A stretch of DNA of 64,000 nt from Eledone cirrhosa (lineage: Eukaryota): contig OZ024757.1 in the NCBI GenBank assembly GCA_964016885.1, positions 33,852,001-33,916,000 of the forward strand, read 5' to 3'. The notes beneath the pieces are model-generated. The model was given only the letters and a program-made list of their open reading frames with translations, was not told the DNA's origin and did no database searches. Shown piece by piece: positions 25,618-38,300 of the stretch. The first letter of the stretch is position 1, and every line of letters begins with the position of its first letter. A program made the position numbers and the translations under genes.

Positions 25618-26446
25618 GTAGTGGTGATATATACCACATTCCGTTTTTATATGTAGAACAGGATATCCAATGAGAAACTACTAGTAATTTGTACATATAT
25701 ATATTGGTTGTCCATCGTAAACGATGATGACATCTTCTTTATTTTAGTTCCCGTCTGCCGTGGGCACGAAGGTGGCTGTAGAGGCCGATCCTTGACTTGC
25801 AGGTTCGGGGAAGAGACTGGAGTCGCTTGGGGCAGCTGTTGATGTATTTCTCCTCCTTTCACGGGCCTCAGTGACTTCTGCCCGTCTCTTCTCTTCAAAA
25901 GAGTCTTTGGCGCGTCTGGTAAGGGCTCGCCACTCAGTCCTCTCTTGAGCATGGGAATCGAGTTGTTTTGGGGCGATTCCAGTGTTGTTGATACTGGACT
26001 TCACGCAGTCTTTGAACCTCTTGAGAGGCCTGCCCTGCTTTCGTTTCCCCGAACAGAGTTCCCCATACATCAGTTGCTTCGGAAGCCTGTGATCGTCCAT
26101 CCGGATGACATGTCCCACCCATCGAAGTCGGTTCTTCAGTATCATAGCTTCGACACTGGTTGTCTCAGTCATGTCAAGAACTTCGAGGTTGGAGACCTTG
26201 TCCTGCCATTTGATGTTCATGATTGACCGCAGGCTGCGCATGTGGAACCGTTCCAGCTGCTTCAGATGCCTTCTGTACAGGGTCCATGTCGCACATCCGT
26301 AGTGGAGGCTGGTGAGAACAACGGCCCTGTACAACTTGAGCTTGGTGGATTGCCTGATGTGCTGTTTTAGGACGCGTGTCCTCAGGCGGCCAAGGGTTTG
26401 ACTGGCATTTATCGCCTTGTCGAGGCTTCCATCGCTGCTGATGACA
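25618..26446 (-). mobile_element. RTE-BovB-like 3' fragment plus flank, inverted copy of about 14975-15747
   Basis: ORFs 15414-15719(+) and 25647-25952(-) translate identically. Confidence 0.9.
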
Positions 26447-27325
26447 CTTTTTACAAGAAAATTATTAGCGCATTGGTGGTATTGTGACGGATTCGATCGC
26501 TGAATTTCTTTAAATTATGAAGTTATATTCACTGAAAATATCGTCTTGAGATCAAAGCACCTACAATTTTCTTATGAAAATCTATATTCCGAACGAATTA
26601 ACATTTCGTTTATATATTAATGTAGATGTTACATTAATGACGTGCTTCGTTCGCCTTCTAACCTTGTACTGATCAGCGTTTGGTTGACCGTAGAACATCC
26701 TATGGAACGTATATGCTATAAAACTGCTTCTTTGATCCTAACCCTATGTGAAATGTATGCCATAAAACTGCTTGTAGGAGATCCATTATTTTAGCCCTAT
26801 GTTTCAATCACCTGCCATTGACCATGATTTAGCTAGCTGTAGAGGATCCTACGAGGTGTTTACACCGCTAAACTGCTTATTTCGTCTGCTAGACAGGCAT
26901 TGACCATGGTTTAACTGGCCAGAGAACTTACACATGGTGGAGAATAAAACCCAGTGACACCAGTGACAGGAACATATTGACAAAGAGAAAGTCCTCCAAA
27001 ACGTGTGAAGGGAAGTAGAAATATATTATTTAACAACTTGAATAATAATTGTTTCTACGTTTGACACACCCAGTGCATTACTGGTACTTTATCGACCCTG
27101 TAAGGATGAAAGGCAAAGTTAACCTCGTCGTAACTCTATACGTCAAAGCATGGCCTCCGACCCACTGCCAATCCACCGCTCTCTTGAATAATAATAAAAA
27201 CAAATACGCTAAATTAGAAATACAATACTACGTAGATCTGTGGCAGTAGCTAAACAAACTATCGTCTAAATAATTATTGCTGACACTATGGAGGGGAATA
27301 AACATACAACAAAGCTTTACTTTAC

Positions 27326-27420
27326 CTCCGTAAAATAGTAAAATCCACGTGTTTTATTCAGGTTGGAAAACATGATGTTCTTACAGCAGCCATTTTATTT
27401 TTTCTAATGCGCATGTGCAA
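27326..27420 (-). promoter_or_regulatory. Putative promoter/first exon, copy C (ORF MAAVRTSCFPT* 27393-27358, donor AG|gtaaag)
   Basis: Inverted homolog of copy A; tgcgcatgtgca 27408-27419. Confidence 0.45.
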
Positions 27421-28252
27421 AGCGTTTACGTGAAGTCGGACTTTACAATCGTGAGGTTGTGAGTTCGATTCTCACACCAGGCTTTGTGTTGTGTTCTTGT
27501 GACACTTCATTTCACGTTGTTCCAGATCACTCAGCTGTAGAAATGATTTTAAATGAGTGATGTTCCCAGATTTAGAGACCAGTAGACGACCATAAAACTA
27601 TTTTATTATTGAGGATGAGAGCTACATCACTAAAGAGGAAAGGTTTCTTCCTGTATAGAGGAGGTAGTAAAACGTATTTTTGAGTCTCAAGAATATCTGC
27701 GAGTGTTGACAAGGTTTAGAAAGTATTTAAGAAAGCCTAATATACTGAGCAAATAAAATATTACATACCTCTTTACATGAATAAAATATCCAAAATGATA
27801 AGGTTTATAGAGAGATAACAGTGTGTGTGTAGAGAGAAGCTTGAGTTATATTTCTTAGAATGTATGCATATAGTGTCAAAATGGCTTAGTTTAGTTTCTT
27901 AGAAGAGACGATATACCTTTATGTGTGTGTTCATATATATAGAGAAAATGGTTTAGTTATGATGTCTATTTTTTATATCTTAAATTCGGCTAAGGTTTAG
28001 TTTAGAAGAAAATGTATCTAGTAAAGGTAAAATGTAGATGACGTTTAATTTATTAGAAGAAAATGTATATAGCGGTTAAATATAAACGTAAGTACGTCTC
28101 TAAAATTCTTCTACATAGGAATGTTTAAAATGAATTTACAATGATGTGCCACCGTAACGATTCGATCTTCAGACTCATAGAACGGTTGTATTGTAATGCC
28201 TACACCATTTTTATTTTATTTATTCTTGTCTCTGTTTGCGCATGCGTGTATT

Positions 28253-28308
<56 letters not shown>

Positions 28309-28310
28309 TA

Positions 28311-28361
<51 letters not shown>

Positions 28362-28829
28362 GACTATATATATATTATTAGGGTTTTTTTTAAAGTTAAT
28401 GGGAAGATTGGGTGATGGCTCCAGTTAACTATATGAATAATTTTCCTGCTAGCAATGGTTGAATGGGTGCTCATAGACCAAGTTAGTACTGAAGTACGGC
28501 TACTGACCTTCCAGACAGGTCAAGGGTCTGCACCCTGCTTACATATGGTCTCATATTCTTCTGTGTGCATCAGCACAAGAGAAGTTGTCATGTCTTTGAC
28601 ACAACTGAAGGGTCCTGCCAACCATTTGTTTTGCAAGCTTTCTATGACTGGAAGACTTTCCTATCACCAACCTCTTTACAGCTTCTAATGGGTGCAAACA
28701 CTAGAGAGGTTCACAAGCCATGACACAACTTAATAGTAAAAGTCCTCTCAACTCTTTTTAGGCATGGTTTTTACAGCAAAGATGCCCTTCCTATCACCAA
28801 CCACTTTATTGGGTGCATTTCATATGGTT

Positions 28830-29380
28830 AAATATTCTAATTGCCCAAGCGTGGCGAGTCCGGTTACATTTCTGACATGATCAAAACCAAACAGGAAGTA
28901 GTGTAGATCAACTGGGGAGGGGTTCCTCCAACAGGAGTTAGAAGGCCCTAGATTGGATGTAGTTGGCTGGTTTTTTTAAGTTTAAGTTTCAGATAGTCAG
29001 ACCATTACCATGACAAAACACTATGAACCCTGATCCCTCTGCATTTCTTGTGCTGAATCAAAAGCCTTCATAGACACCAAGGAAGCCTTCACAACATTGC
29101 CCAACATGACCACTGAATTCTCACTCTTGCTTGTTAAAGAGGTTGTCAGCATAAGGGTCTCATAAAAGTGGTCTTTTACTTAGTCTGTCCATCCTGATTG
29201 TGGTGAATATGCAGAGATGATTGTTGCAATTGTCTTATCTTCGACCAGTCTAAGCTTAATGACTATCATTTACCCTCACCATGTCAATTACCCATTTTTC
29301 TGCTAGCAGGATACCTACACCTCCCAGTCCTACATCATTATCTATCTAGAAGAACTTGTACAAAAACGTTTCTTGGGGGT
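28830..29380 (-). mobile_element. Old RTE endonuclease fragment
   Basis: [14 protein letters not shown] motif as in the element at about 37090. Confidence 0.6.
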
Positions 29381-29439
29381 AAATGCATTGAATGTTCAAA
29401 GAGTGGGATTGGCCCTGTGCAAAGCCTTTCTTCACTTAA

Positions 29440-29728
29440 CCCTTTAGCATTTAAACTGGTCGCATCCAGCCAGAATTCTCTCACCTCTTTCTGTTCAAAC
29501 TGGCTGCCTTCTGTCTCTGAGAAGGATGGAAAATTATTGGTGGTTAACCCTTCACATTATTCTATATTTACTGTTGTATTTTCATAGTAAAGGCTTTACA
29601 TCACACAATATTGAAATCATGAGATTTTGATATTATTTATTTTGAAAACAATACCTTAACATCAGTATGAGTGGCCAGTTTGAACAGAAAGAGGTGAGAG
29701 AATTCTAGCCAGTTTAAATGCTAAAGGG
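29440..29728. mobile_element. piggyBac-like MITE
   Basis: TTAA|ccctttagcatttaaactgg ... ccagtttaaatgctaaaggg|TTAA; relatives at about 44205-44425, 46700-46874, 47556-47768. Confidence 0.8.
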
Positions 29729-30884
29729 TTAATGGACATGTTGGGCAACACAGTGATGGCTTCTATGGGATCCACAGTGATTATGGGTTAGGTGAGAGAA
29801 ATGAGGAAGGATTCAGGTTCCTGGAATTCTAAAACATTAATGAACTAAGAGTCTGTAATGTATGTATAGTTCCATAACTCCTAAGGGAGTCGTGGGGGTG
29901 CCCTATTGTCTTACAGCATTTCTTGGGAATTTTTTAAAAACCTGGCAGAACTCATCCAGGTCTGAATACCAGCAATAGCTGGGGGTTTAATCCTGCGATG
30001 GAATTGTAGCGGCGGCATGATTTGGTCACCGGTTGACCAATCGTAAGTCGCGCATGAATATCAACAACTTCCGCCCAAACAAAGATTTTCGTTTCATACT
30101 AGTTACCAGTTTGATATTAAGAAGCTAACATCTATTTTTCCTTGCCTTGTCAACAACTAGCCAAAATGTAATGGTAAATTACAACATTGGCCCAGTTGGC
30201 GATATGTCGGTTTTCTTTGCATATAACACTTAATTTTGTTTATTCACTTTCATTGGCATGCCTGCACAACACTTTAGTAAACCTGTTTCAGTTGTAAATA
30301 TATCATGTAAAATGTTATAAAGTCTTATACTTTTACTGCCACCACCTTGTACGTGATAGAGGAAAATCCTTTTCCCAAGGTTCTATCACCACAACAGCAA
30401 AAAATCCTTTTGTGGCGACAACTGAATAACAACTTTCGGCTAACATTGCTGTATAACAAAACATACATTTTTCTTGCTAGAACAACAAAACCATCTTTCT
30501 GCTATAGACTGGCATCCTGTCCAGGAGGGAGTATTGTACTTTCAGTCGCTTCACACCATGAAACCGGGATAAACAACGGCCAAATGAGCCCTCTGACTTA
30601 AGAGAGACTTTAGACTATATATACACATACTTTCAGATGATCTTGAAATTGAAAATATTTATGTTAATAGTTTAATTTATTTTTACATTACAAAATGGTC
30701 CCGTACCTGTAAACACGACCAGCTCCTTCAGATGTGATCAAAATAAGCAGAATTTGTAATGGATAAGCTGGTCTTTCAATGTGGCTTCCATTGGTTTGTT
30801 TAGAAAATGTGCTGTAATATATTATCTGTAGGACTTGCTCTCTAGTTCCCTGTTTATCATTTTTTTTCGTCTGTCTGTCTGTCT

Positions 30885-31412
30885 CTGCATATATATATGT
30901 GTGTGTGCATGTATGTATATATATTATATATGTATGTTTATGTATATATATATGTATGTATATATATTATATATATATATGTATGTTTATGTATATATAT
31001 ATGTGTGTGTGTATGTATATATATTATATATATATATGTATGTTTATGTATATATATATGTGTGTGTGTATGTATATATATTATATATATATATGTATGT
31101 TTATGTATATATATATATGTGTGTGTGTATGTATATATATTATATATATGTATGTTTATGTATATATATATATATGTGTGTGTGTGTGTATGTATATATA
31201 TTATATATATGTATGTTTATGTATATATATATATGTGTGTGTGTCTGTATGTATATATATATTATATATATGTATGTTTATGTATATATATATATGTGTG
31301 TGTGTATGTATATATATTATATATATGTATGTTTATGTATATATATATATGTGCGTGTGTATGTATGTATATATATTATATATATGTATGTTTATGTATA
31401 TATATATGTGTG
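30885..31412. repeat. (TA/TG) compound microsatellite with higher-order unit
   Basis: Recurring tatgtatgtttatgtatata unit. Confidence 0.9.
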
Positions 31413-31638
31413 AAGGTGCGTGGCTGAGTGGTTACAGAACTGGATTTGCAATCGTGAGGTTGCGAGTTCGATTCCTGGACCGGGCGATGGGTTATGTCTT
31501 TGAGCAAGACACTTTATTTCACGTTGCTCCTACATGGAGTTGCAAGCGATAGATAGATTTAGCAATTGGAAAGACCAATGGAAACATTGTTTCCTTGGTC
31601 CGATTTACGAGTGTCGATCGACTGTCGATGTGTGTGCT

Positions 31639-31696
<58 letters not shown>

Positions 31697-32230
31697 CTAT
31701 CTATATATGTATATATTTACCTAATGTCTTTCCATCTTTTCTGTATTGATCTATTGATCTATTCATCTGTATTGATCTATATATCTAGCTATTTCTGTGT
31801 GAATATATATATATATATATATGTGTGTCTACCCACCCGTCTCTCTCTTTTTCCCCGCTCTACCTATTCTATCTGTCTGTCTGTCTCTCTATTATTATAT
31901 ACATACACCTATGTAACTAGATAAATATGATATCACACTAAGTTTGCACAAGTGTATGTATATCTGGAAAGATGTGTTTGTGTGTGTATATATAGATACA
32001 TGTATATTTGTGTGCCAGTGCCTGTATGTATATATAAATACATATACATATATATATATATATATCAGCAATCATGATGACATGTTCCTGTTTCTCACAG
32101 AAATTCAGAGTGGTTTTAGAGCATTGTTTTAAAGAGCTACGTATTCAACAGTTCTTGTGTTCTTCAATATAAGCGTTTTTTGGGGGCTGAGGTTCGGTAT
32201 CTTATTTTAAATGGGGCAGATATCCAGCAA

Positions 32231-32308
32231 CTACATATCCTTCAGTTGTGACATTAAATCTTCTATACTAACCCCTGATGTTTCAACTGTTTCCTCTTTA
32301 TCCACGGT
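32231..32308 (-). CDS. UBA5: UBA5 exon 12 ([25 protein letters not shown]), UFC1-binding C-terminal helix
   Basis: ttttatttcag| acceptor, TAG at 32233-32231; resembles the vertebrate SLEDLMAKMKNM terminus. Confidence 0.92.
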   Translation of the reverse strand, partial: TVDKEETVETSGVSIEDLMSQLKDM

Positions 32309-35300
32309 CTGAAATAAAAACAAATAGATTGGTGTAAAAGCCAAACTTGTTATCTTCCATTTGGTATCTGTGCCAACACATACCTATGGCCATGAATTTT
32401 GAATAATGACCAAAATAAATATGATTGAGAATACAAGCAGCTGAAATGGGGTTCCTCCAAAAAGTCTCTGGCGTAATACTACTCAATAGAGTGCGTAGTT
32501 CGGAGATCAGAGTCTCTCCACGTAGAGCCGCTACTTCTCCGAATTGAGAGATCATAGCTCCTATACTATGGGCATGTGGTTAGAATGTCTCAGAAAAGAA
32601 TCGCTGGACAGATTTTATGGGCAAAACCAACCAGGAGTAAACCCTGAGCAACATGGCTTGATAACATCCATGGGCTCGGCTGGTCTCACTTGGGGATCCA
32701 GCCAGATCAATAGGAGATGGTAGCTTCTGACAAGAACTGCTGATAGGAGTGCTTGACCCTCTCAGGAATAAGTAGGCAAAAAAGAAAGAAACTTTATAAT
32801 GACTACACCATTGCTAGAAGACACCAAGAGAGAAACACACAAAGAAAGATTTTACTGTGTAAAGTGGATGGTATTGGGAATGGCATCCAGGGTTGGACAG
32901 AACTTCACAGACCAAATTAGTACTGAATTGGGTATACTGACATCACAGACATACTGAGAGTTAACATATTACTTACTTACAGTCCCATGCTCTGCTGAGT
33001 GCATTTTATCATGGCACCAGCACGAGGGAGGTCATCACATTTAAAAAAAACTGAAGGGGTCTCCCAACCCTTTGTTTGGCAAGCTTTCTATGGCTGGATG
33101 CCCTTCCTACAACCAACCACTGTACAGAATCTATTGGATGATCATTTATCTTGTAGATAGATCACCAAGAAAGGGTCTTTTCAACCCTCTTAGCATGGTT
33201 TCTACAGCTGGGTACCCTAGGTCTCTGACCCCTATTTTGTTCCTTTCATCATGACAATATCTTTAATAAAAACTGCCAACTTTGCTCTGATCTGGCTATA
33301 TCATGGTAAACCAGCAATTGTTTTGTAAGCCTTTCTATCAGAAGACATATACCTCATAGGATATATTTGCTGACATAAGCCAATGAGGAAGTCTTTACAG
33401 TCACGTGACCTCTTAGAAATAGCAGCCAAACATACTCCATATCACATGCTATTTTTTTTATTTTTAAGGAAGAACACCTTAGATAATAAGGTTTTAAAGA
33501 ATTAAATGCAAGATTGTTAGCTGAAATGCATCTGGTTATAGATCAACATGATCAGGGGCTGACCTAGGGTTAATCAAAGCTGTGATAATAAGAACATTAA
33601 AGTTGAAGACTAGATTTTTTACAATAGTTATTTTGAATATTATAATGACCCACTGAATCAAATTCTGTTTAGCACATTTAACTTTTCCACAACCATATAT
33701 CTGAAGAAAAATGTTGCTTATGTTTTAAAATTAAATTAAACCACTCTTCAAAGAGACAAGATAGCATAAAATAGAACAAAGAGGAGACACGGAGTAACAA
33801 TTGAAGAGGTCACAAAATGTGTGACAAAAGAGTTTTGACAATTAAATAACTATCTGATTAAATTAACCAATGAATGGATTAGTTACCCAACTGACAATAT
33901 ACTGAAGTGATGAAGTGAAACTCAACCGGTGAGTGTCTTTTTATTGGTAGTGTGACCCTCCCAAAGTAAGTATATATATATATGAAAAACATCTTAAATT
34001 TGTGGGGATTTTAGTAATATCTCTTTTTTTATGACAAAATTACAGCAAGTCTTCAAACCTCTCCTTCATTAATGATTCATTCATCCCTTGCACACATCCC
34101 TCATACACAACATTTTGAAATACAATCACCATAAATAGAACAAATACAAATATATCTAGACCTCCCCTTACCTTATTATCTGGAACAGTATAAGCCAACT
34201 TGAGTCCTTCACTAAGAACTGGTGTGTCTCCAGCAGCTGCCTTTAATTCTTCCTCAGTTGTTTCAGATACAAGTTCTATTTCTGAAGAATTAAATTGAAT
34301 ATTTCATATTACCATTAATCTTGGGTAATCACTGAAAGAATATGATCTAGAATACAAGCAGCTAAAGTGGGGTTCCTCCAAAGGGTCTGAACCCATGCTT
34401 GCATGGAAAATGGATTTTTAAGCAGTGATGATGATGATGATGATGATACTCAATAGGGTGTGTAGCTTTGTGACCAGAGAGTCACTGCTTCTCCAAATCG
34501 AGAGATCACAACTCCAGTATTATGGACATATGGTTAGAATGTCTAAGGAAAGAATCTCGGGACAAAGTTAACGAGCAAAGCCAAGTGGCAGGAGATCCAG
34601 AGGTAAACCACGAGCAAAACGGTTGAATAACATCCATGAGCTTGGCTGCTCTCGCTTGGAGATGGTTACTTCCAACAGGACCTGCTGGAAAGAGTGTGAT
34701 TGGCAGTATCAATGTTGGACAATACATTTTGTGGCATATAGTTATGTACTGAGTTCAAATCCCGCCAAGGTTGGCTTTGCCTTTCATCCTTAAGTGGTTG
34801 ATAAAATAAAGTACCAGTAACACACTCGGGTTAATTTAATCGACTTTCCTTACCCCCAAAATTGTTGGCCATGTGCCTAAATCATTATTATTATTTTAGT
34901 TGCTTTTTACGACATGTTAGGATATGGTGTATCTATTCTAAACTGAATAAATAATCACACATACACATATCCCAGTTCTGCCTTTCTCTCACATTTACAT
35001 TGGATATCCAACAGAGCATGGTAGCTTCATTTCCTCACCAGCCTACACATGTCCTCTGCAGCCACTGCCCATGTTTCACTACCATGCAGCATCGCACTTC
35101 ACACACAGGTGTCATACAATCGTCCTTTTGTTTGTAGAGAGAGATAGCAATGGAAATTTAACAACTTCCCTGCCTTCCCCACAAAAAATAAGGTGGAATG
35201 TACTCCAGATTTTATTATACTAGGATTGTTTTCAACACACTGACGCGTATGTGTATATGTGTATGTGTATCTGCATATGCATACATTTATATCATCATCA

Positions 35301-38300
35301 TCATTTCATTTTACGTCCGCTTTTTCCCTGCTTGCAAGGGTGTGACGGGAACTGATTCTGGCTTGATTTCTACAGCTGGATGCCCTTCTTAACACCAACC
35401 TCATTTACAGTGTGGGCTGGGTGCCTGCACGACCACTTTGCAGTGGAATGATATGGACCCCAGTCCCTATCATCTCATTTCTACAGCTGAGTAAACTGGA
35501 GCAATGTGAAATAAAGTGTCTTGCTCAAGGAAACAACACATCACTCGGTCTGAGAATTGAACTCACAACCTTTCGATTGCAAGGCCAATGCTCTAACCAC
35601 TAAGCCATGTATGAGTATATAAACATAAATGTGCAAACAGACACACTTACTCCATTCATTTTCTTCATGTTCAACTGGGCACTCCTCTACTTCAACTGGA
35701 ACTTCTTTTGGTTTTAAAGCTTCTCTTTTCTAGAAATTAATGAAACATGAGACCAAAGCTGTGTTAATACAAGAACAGAACTAACTCTTTCATTAATATA
35801 ATTCTAATGAAAGACATTGCTTATGATGTTGAAAATAATCAAGGATTTGGAGGGTTTAGTAATATAACTTTCTCATTATTAAGGTGTTGTTTGGAACATA
35901 ACTTAACAAGGGTTCTTACATAAAATTATAATAGGAGATTTTTAGATAAATATAAACACTTTAACCTTTTTGTTACCATATTTCTAATGAAAGACACTGC
36001 CTATAATTTTAAAGTTATTTTGAAAATAATTGTGTGACATACTTACATCTTGTATCACAATTAGCTACATCTGGTGACATATCTTACTACCTCTTGTGAC
36101 ACACTTAACTGTATCTTGTGGCACACTTAGTTACATCTTGTGACACCCTTAGTTACATCTTGCGGTACACTTAACTACATCTTGTGACACACTGTTGCAT
36201 CTTGTAACAGTCCTCAAGGGAGAAAGATGTTTAGCACACAAGAGGTAGGATTTAAAAAAAACAAATAGTTTTCTAACCTTGTATTCTTGTTGCTGTATAA
36301 TACAGTATCGGTCATCACACTGAGGGTTAGGCTTCATGTTCATTGTTGGAAAGAAGTCTTCAAGAGCATTGTAGCCAAGATAAGGTGTGACTGTTCCAAA
36401 TTTCAAGAGGTACCTGTGGAAATATATAAATATATATATAAGGGAGATTGAGTCAGGGAAGTGATCAGTCTTAAGAAGAAAAATATAAAAATTAATGACA
36501 AACACTGTAGTGTAATTAGTTAATTAATAGTTAATGACAAACTCTGTAGTGTACTTAGTTAATGATAATCACTGTGTAGTGTAATTAGTTAATTAATAAT
36601 AAACACTCTGTAGTGTAATAGTTAATAGGATAACATGACAGGCAGTCTGTAGTGAAATAAGTTTCCAGGTTTGAATAAGTACTAGGGTTGATATGATTGA
36701 CTAAATCAGAGGTTCCCAAAGTGGGCACTATTGCCTGCCAGGGGACGCTACCACCTCCCAGGGGGGCGCTGGGACCTAATTGCGTAAACAGCAATAACAC
36801 TAACCATGTTAGGGCTGCGCACGGTAGTGGGTTGGCTAGTGAGGCCATGTGTGAGAACCCCACGACCGTCATCAAGCAATCGCACAACAGGAAAAAAAAG
36901 AATGAGACATCACATCTCAATTGCTACACTTAATGTTGGCACTCTAACAGGTAGATCTGGTGAGATAGTGGAGATGCTGGAGAGAAGGCATGTGGATGTG
37001 TGCAAGATGTGAGATGGAGAGGTGCCTCTGCAAGAGTAATCGCAGGTAAACATCGCATCGTAGTTATAAGCTTTTCTGGGTGGGTAATGATGATGGGTTA
37101 GGTGGGGTGGGAATATTACTGGCTGAGAGATGGATCAATAAGACAATAGAGGTAGTTAGAGTTAGTAATAGAATAATTAAGCTTAGATTAGTTGTAGGCA
37201 GGAGACTACTGACAATCATCTCTGCCTATGCTCCCCAGGCTGGCCTAGGTAAAGAAGAGAAAGACTGCTTTTACAAGCAACTTTTACAAACAGCCTCAAT
37301 GACAGAGGACAGAGACATCGTTATGCTAGCAGGGGACTTCATTGGACATGTTGGACAGCTCCAGGATGGATACACTGGGGTACATGGTGGGCATGGTTAC
37401 GGCTCAAGAAATGAAGGAGTGAGGCTTCTTGAATTTTGTGATGCAAATGCACTAACCATTTGCAACACTAACTTCCAGAAGCCTATCAACCACCTAATAA
37501 CCTACAAATCAGGCGAGCACATAAGCCAGATTGACTTCCTGCTAGTTAGACAACGAGACAGACAGATGGTGTCAAATACTAAGGCATACCCCGGGGAAGA
37601 ATGTACCCCACAGCATAGGTTAGTCGTTAGTGGCATCTCAGTAAGCAAGAGACAGAATGAGACATACAGGAAGGTATGGAAAAGAAAGGTCTGGAAGCTA
37701 AAAGACCTTTCATTGAAATATAAATTTAAGAAAGCCCTTCAAGATGTGTATGACGAAAAAGAAGACGATTTAGAGTTGTATGACATAGATGATAACTGGA
37801 ATTTCTTGCGTGACAACTTACTGCAGGCTACTGAAGAAACTTGTGGTTGGGGCAGAGCTTCAACCAGACATAGAGTGACCTGGTGGTGGAACAGCACGGT
37901 AGATAGGGCCATTAGAGACAAAAGACTGGCATGGAAGGCTTGGAAAAATGGTGGGAGTAGAAAAGGATACACAGCCGCTAAGAGAGAAGCTAGACATCAG
38001 GTGTACTTAGCACGCAGGGAGGCTGAGAGTAGGAGATTTGCCAATGTTCTGCGACGAGAAGATCAGAGATGTGCGGTGTTCCACAGTGTAAATCAGGATG
38101 CTGTTGGAGATAAGTGTGTCCAGATGATGCTGGTGTACTTAGTGTCATGAATGATAAAAAAAAAGGAGGCCTGGAAATATCATTATGAGAGACTGATGAA
38201 TGTGGAGAACGAATGGGACAGAGAAATTATCCCCAGTAGACCCGACAGAGGGAACAGCTATTGAGATTGACGAATATAGGGTACAAGAGGCAATGAAGAA

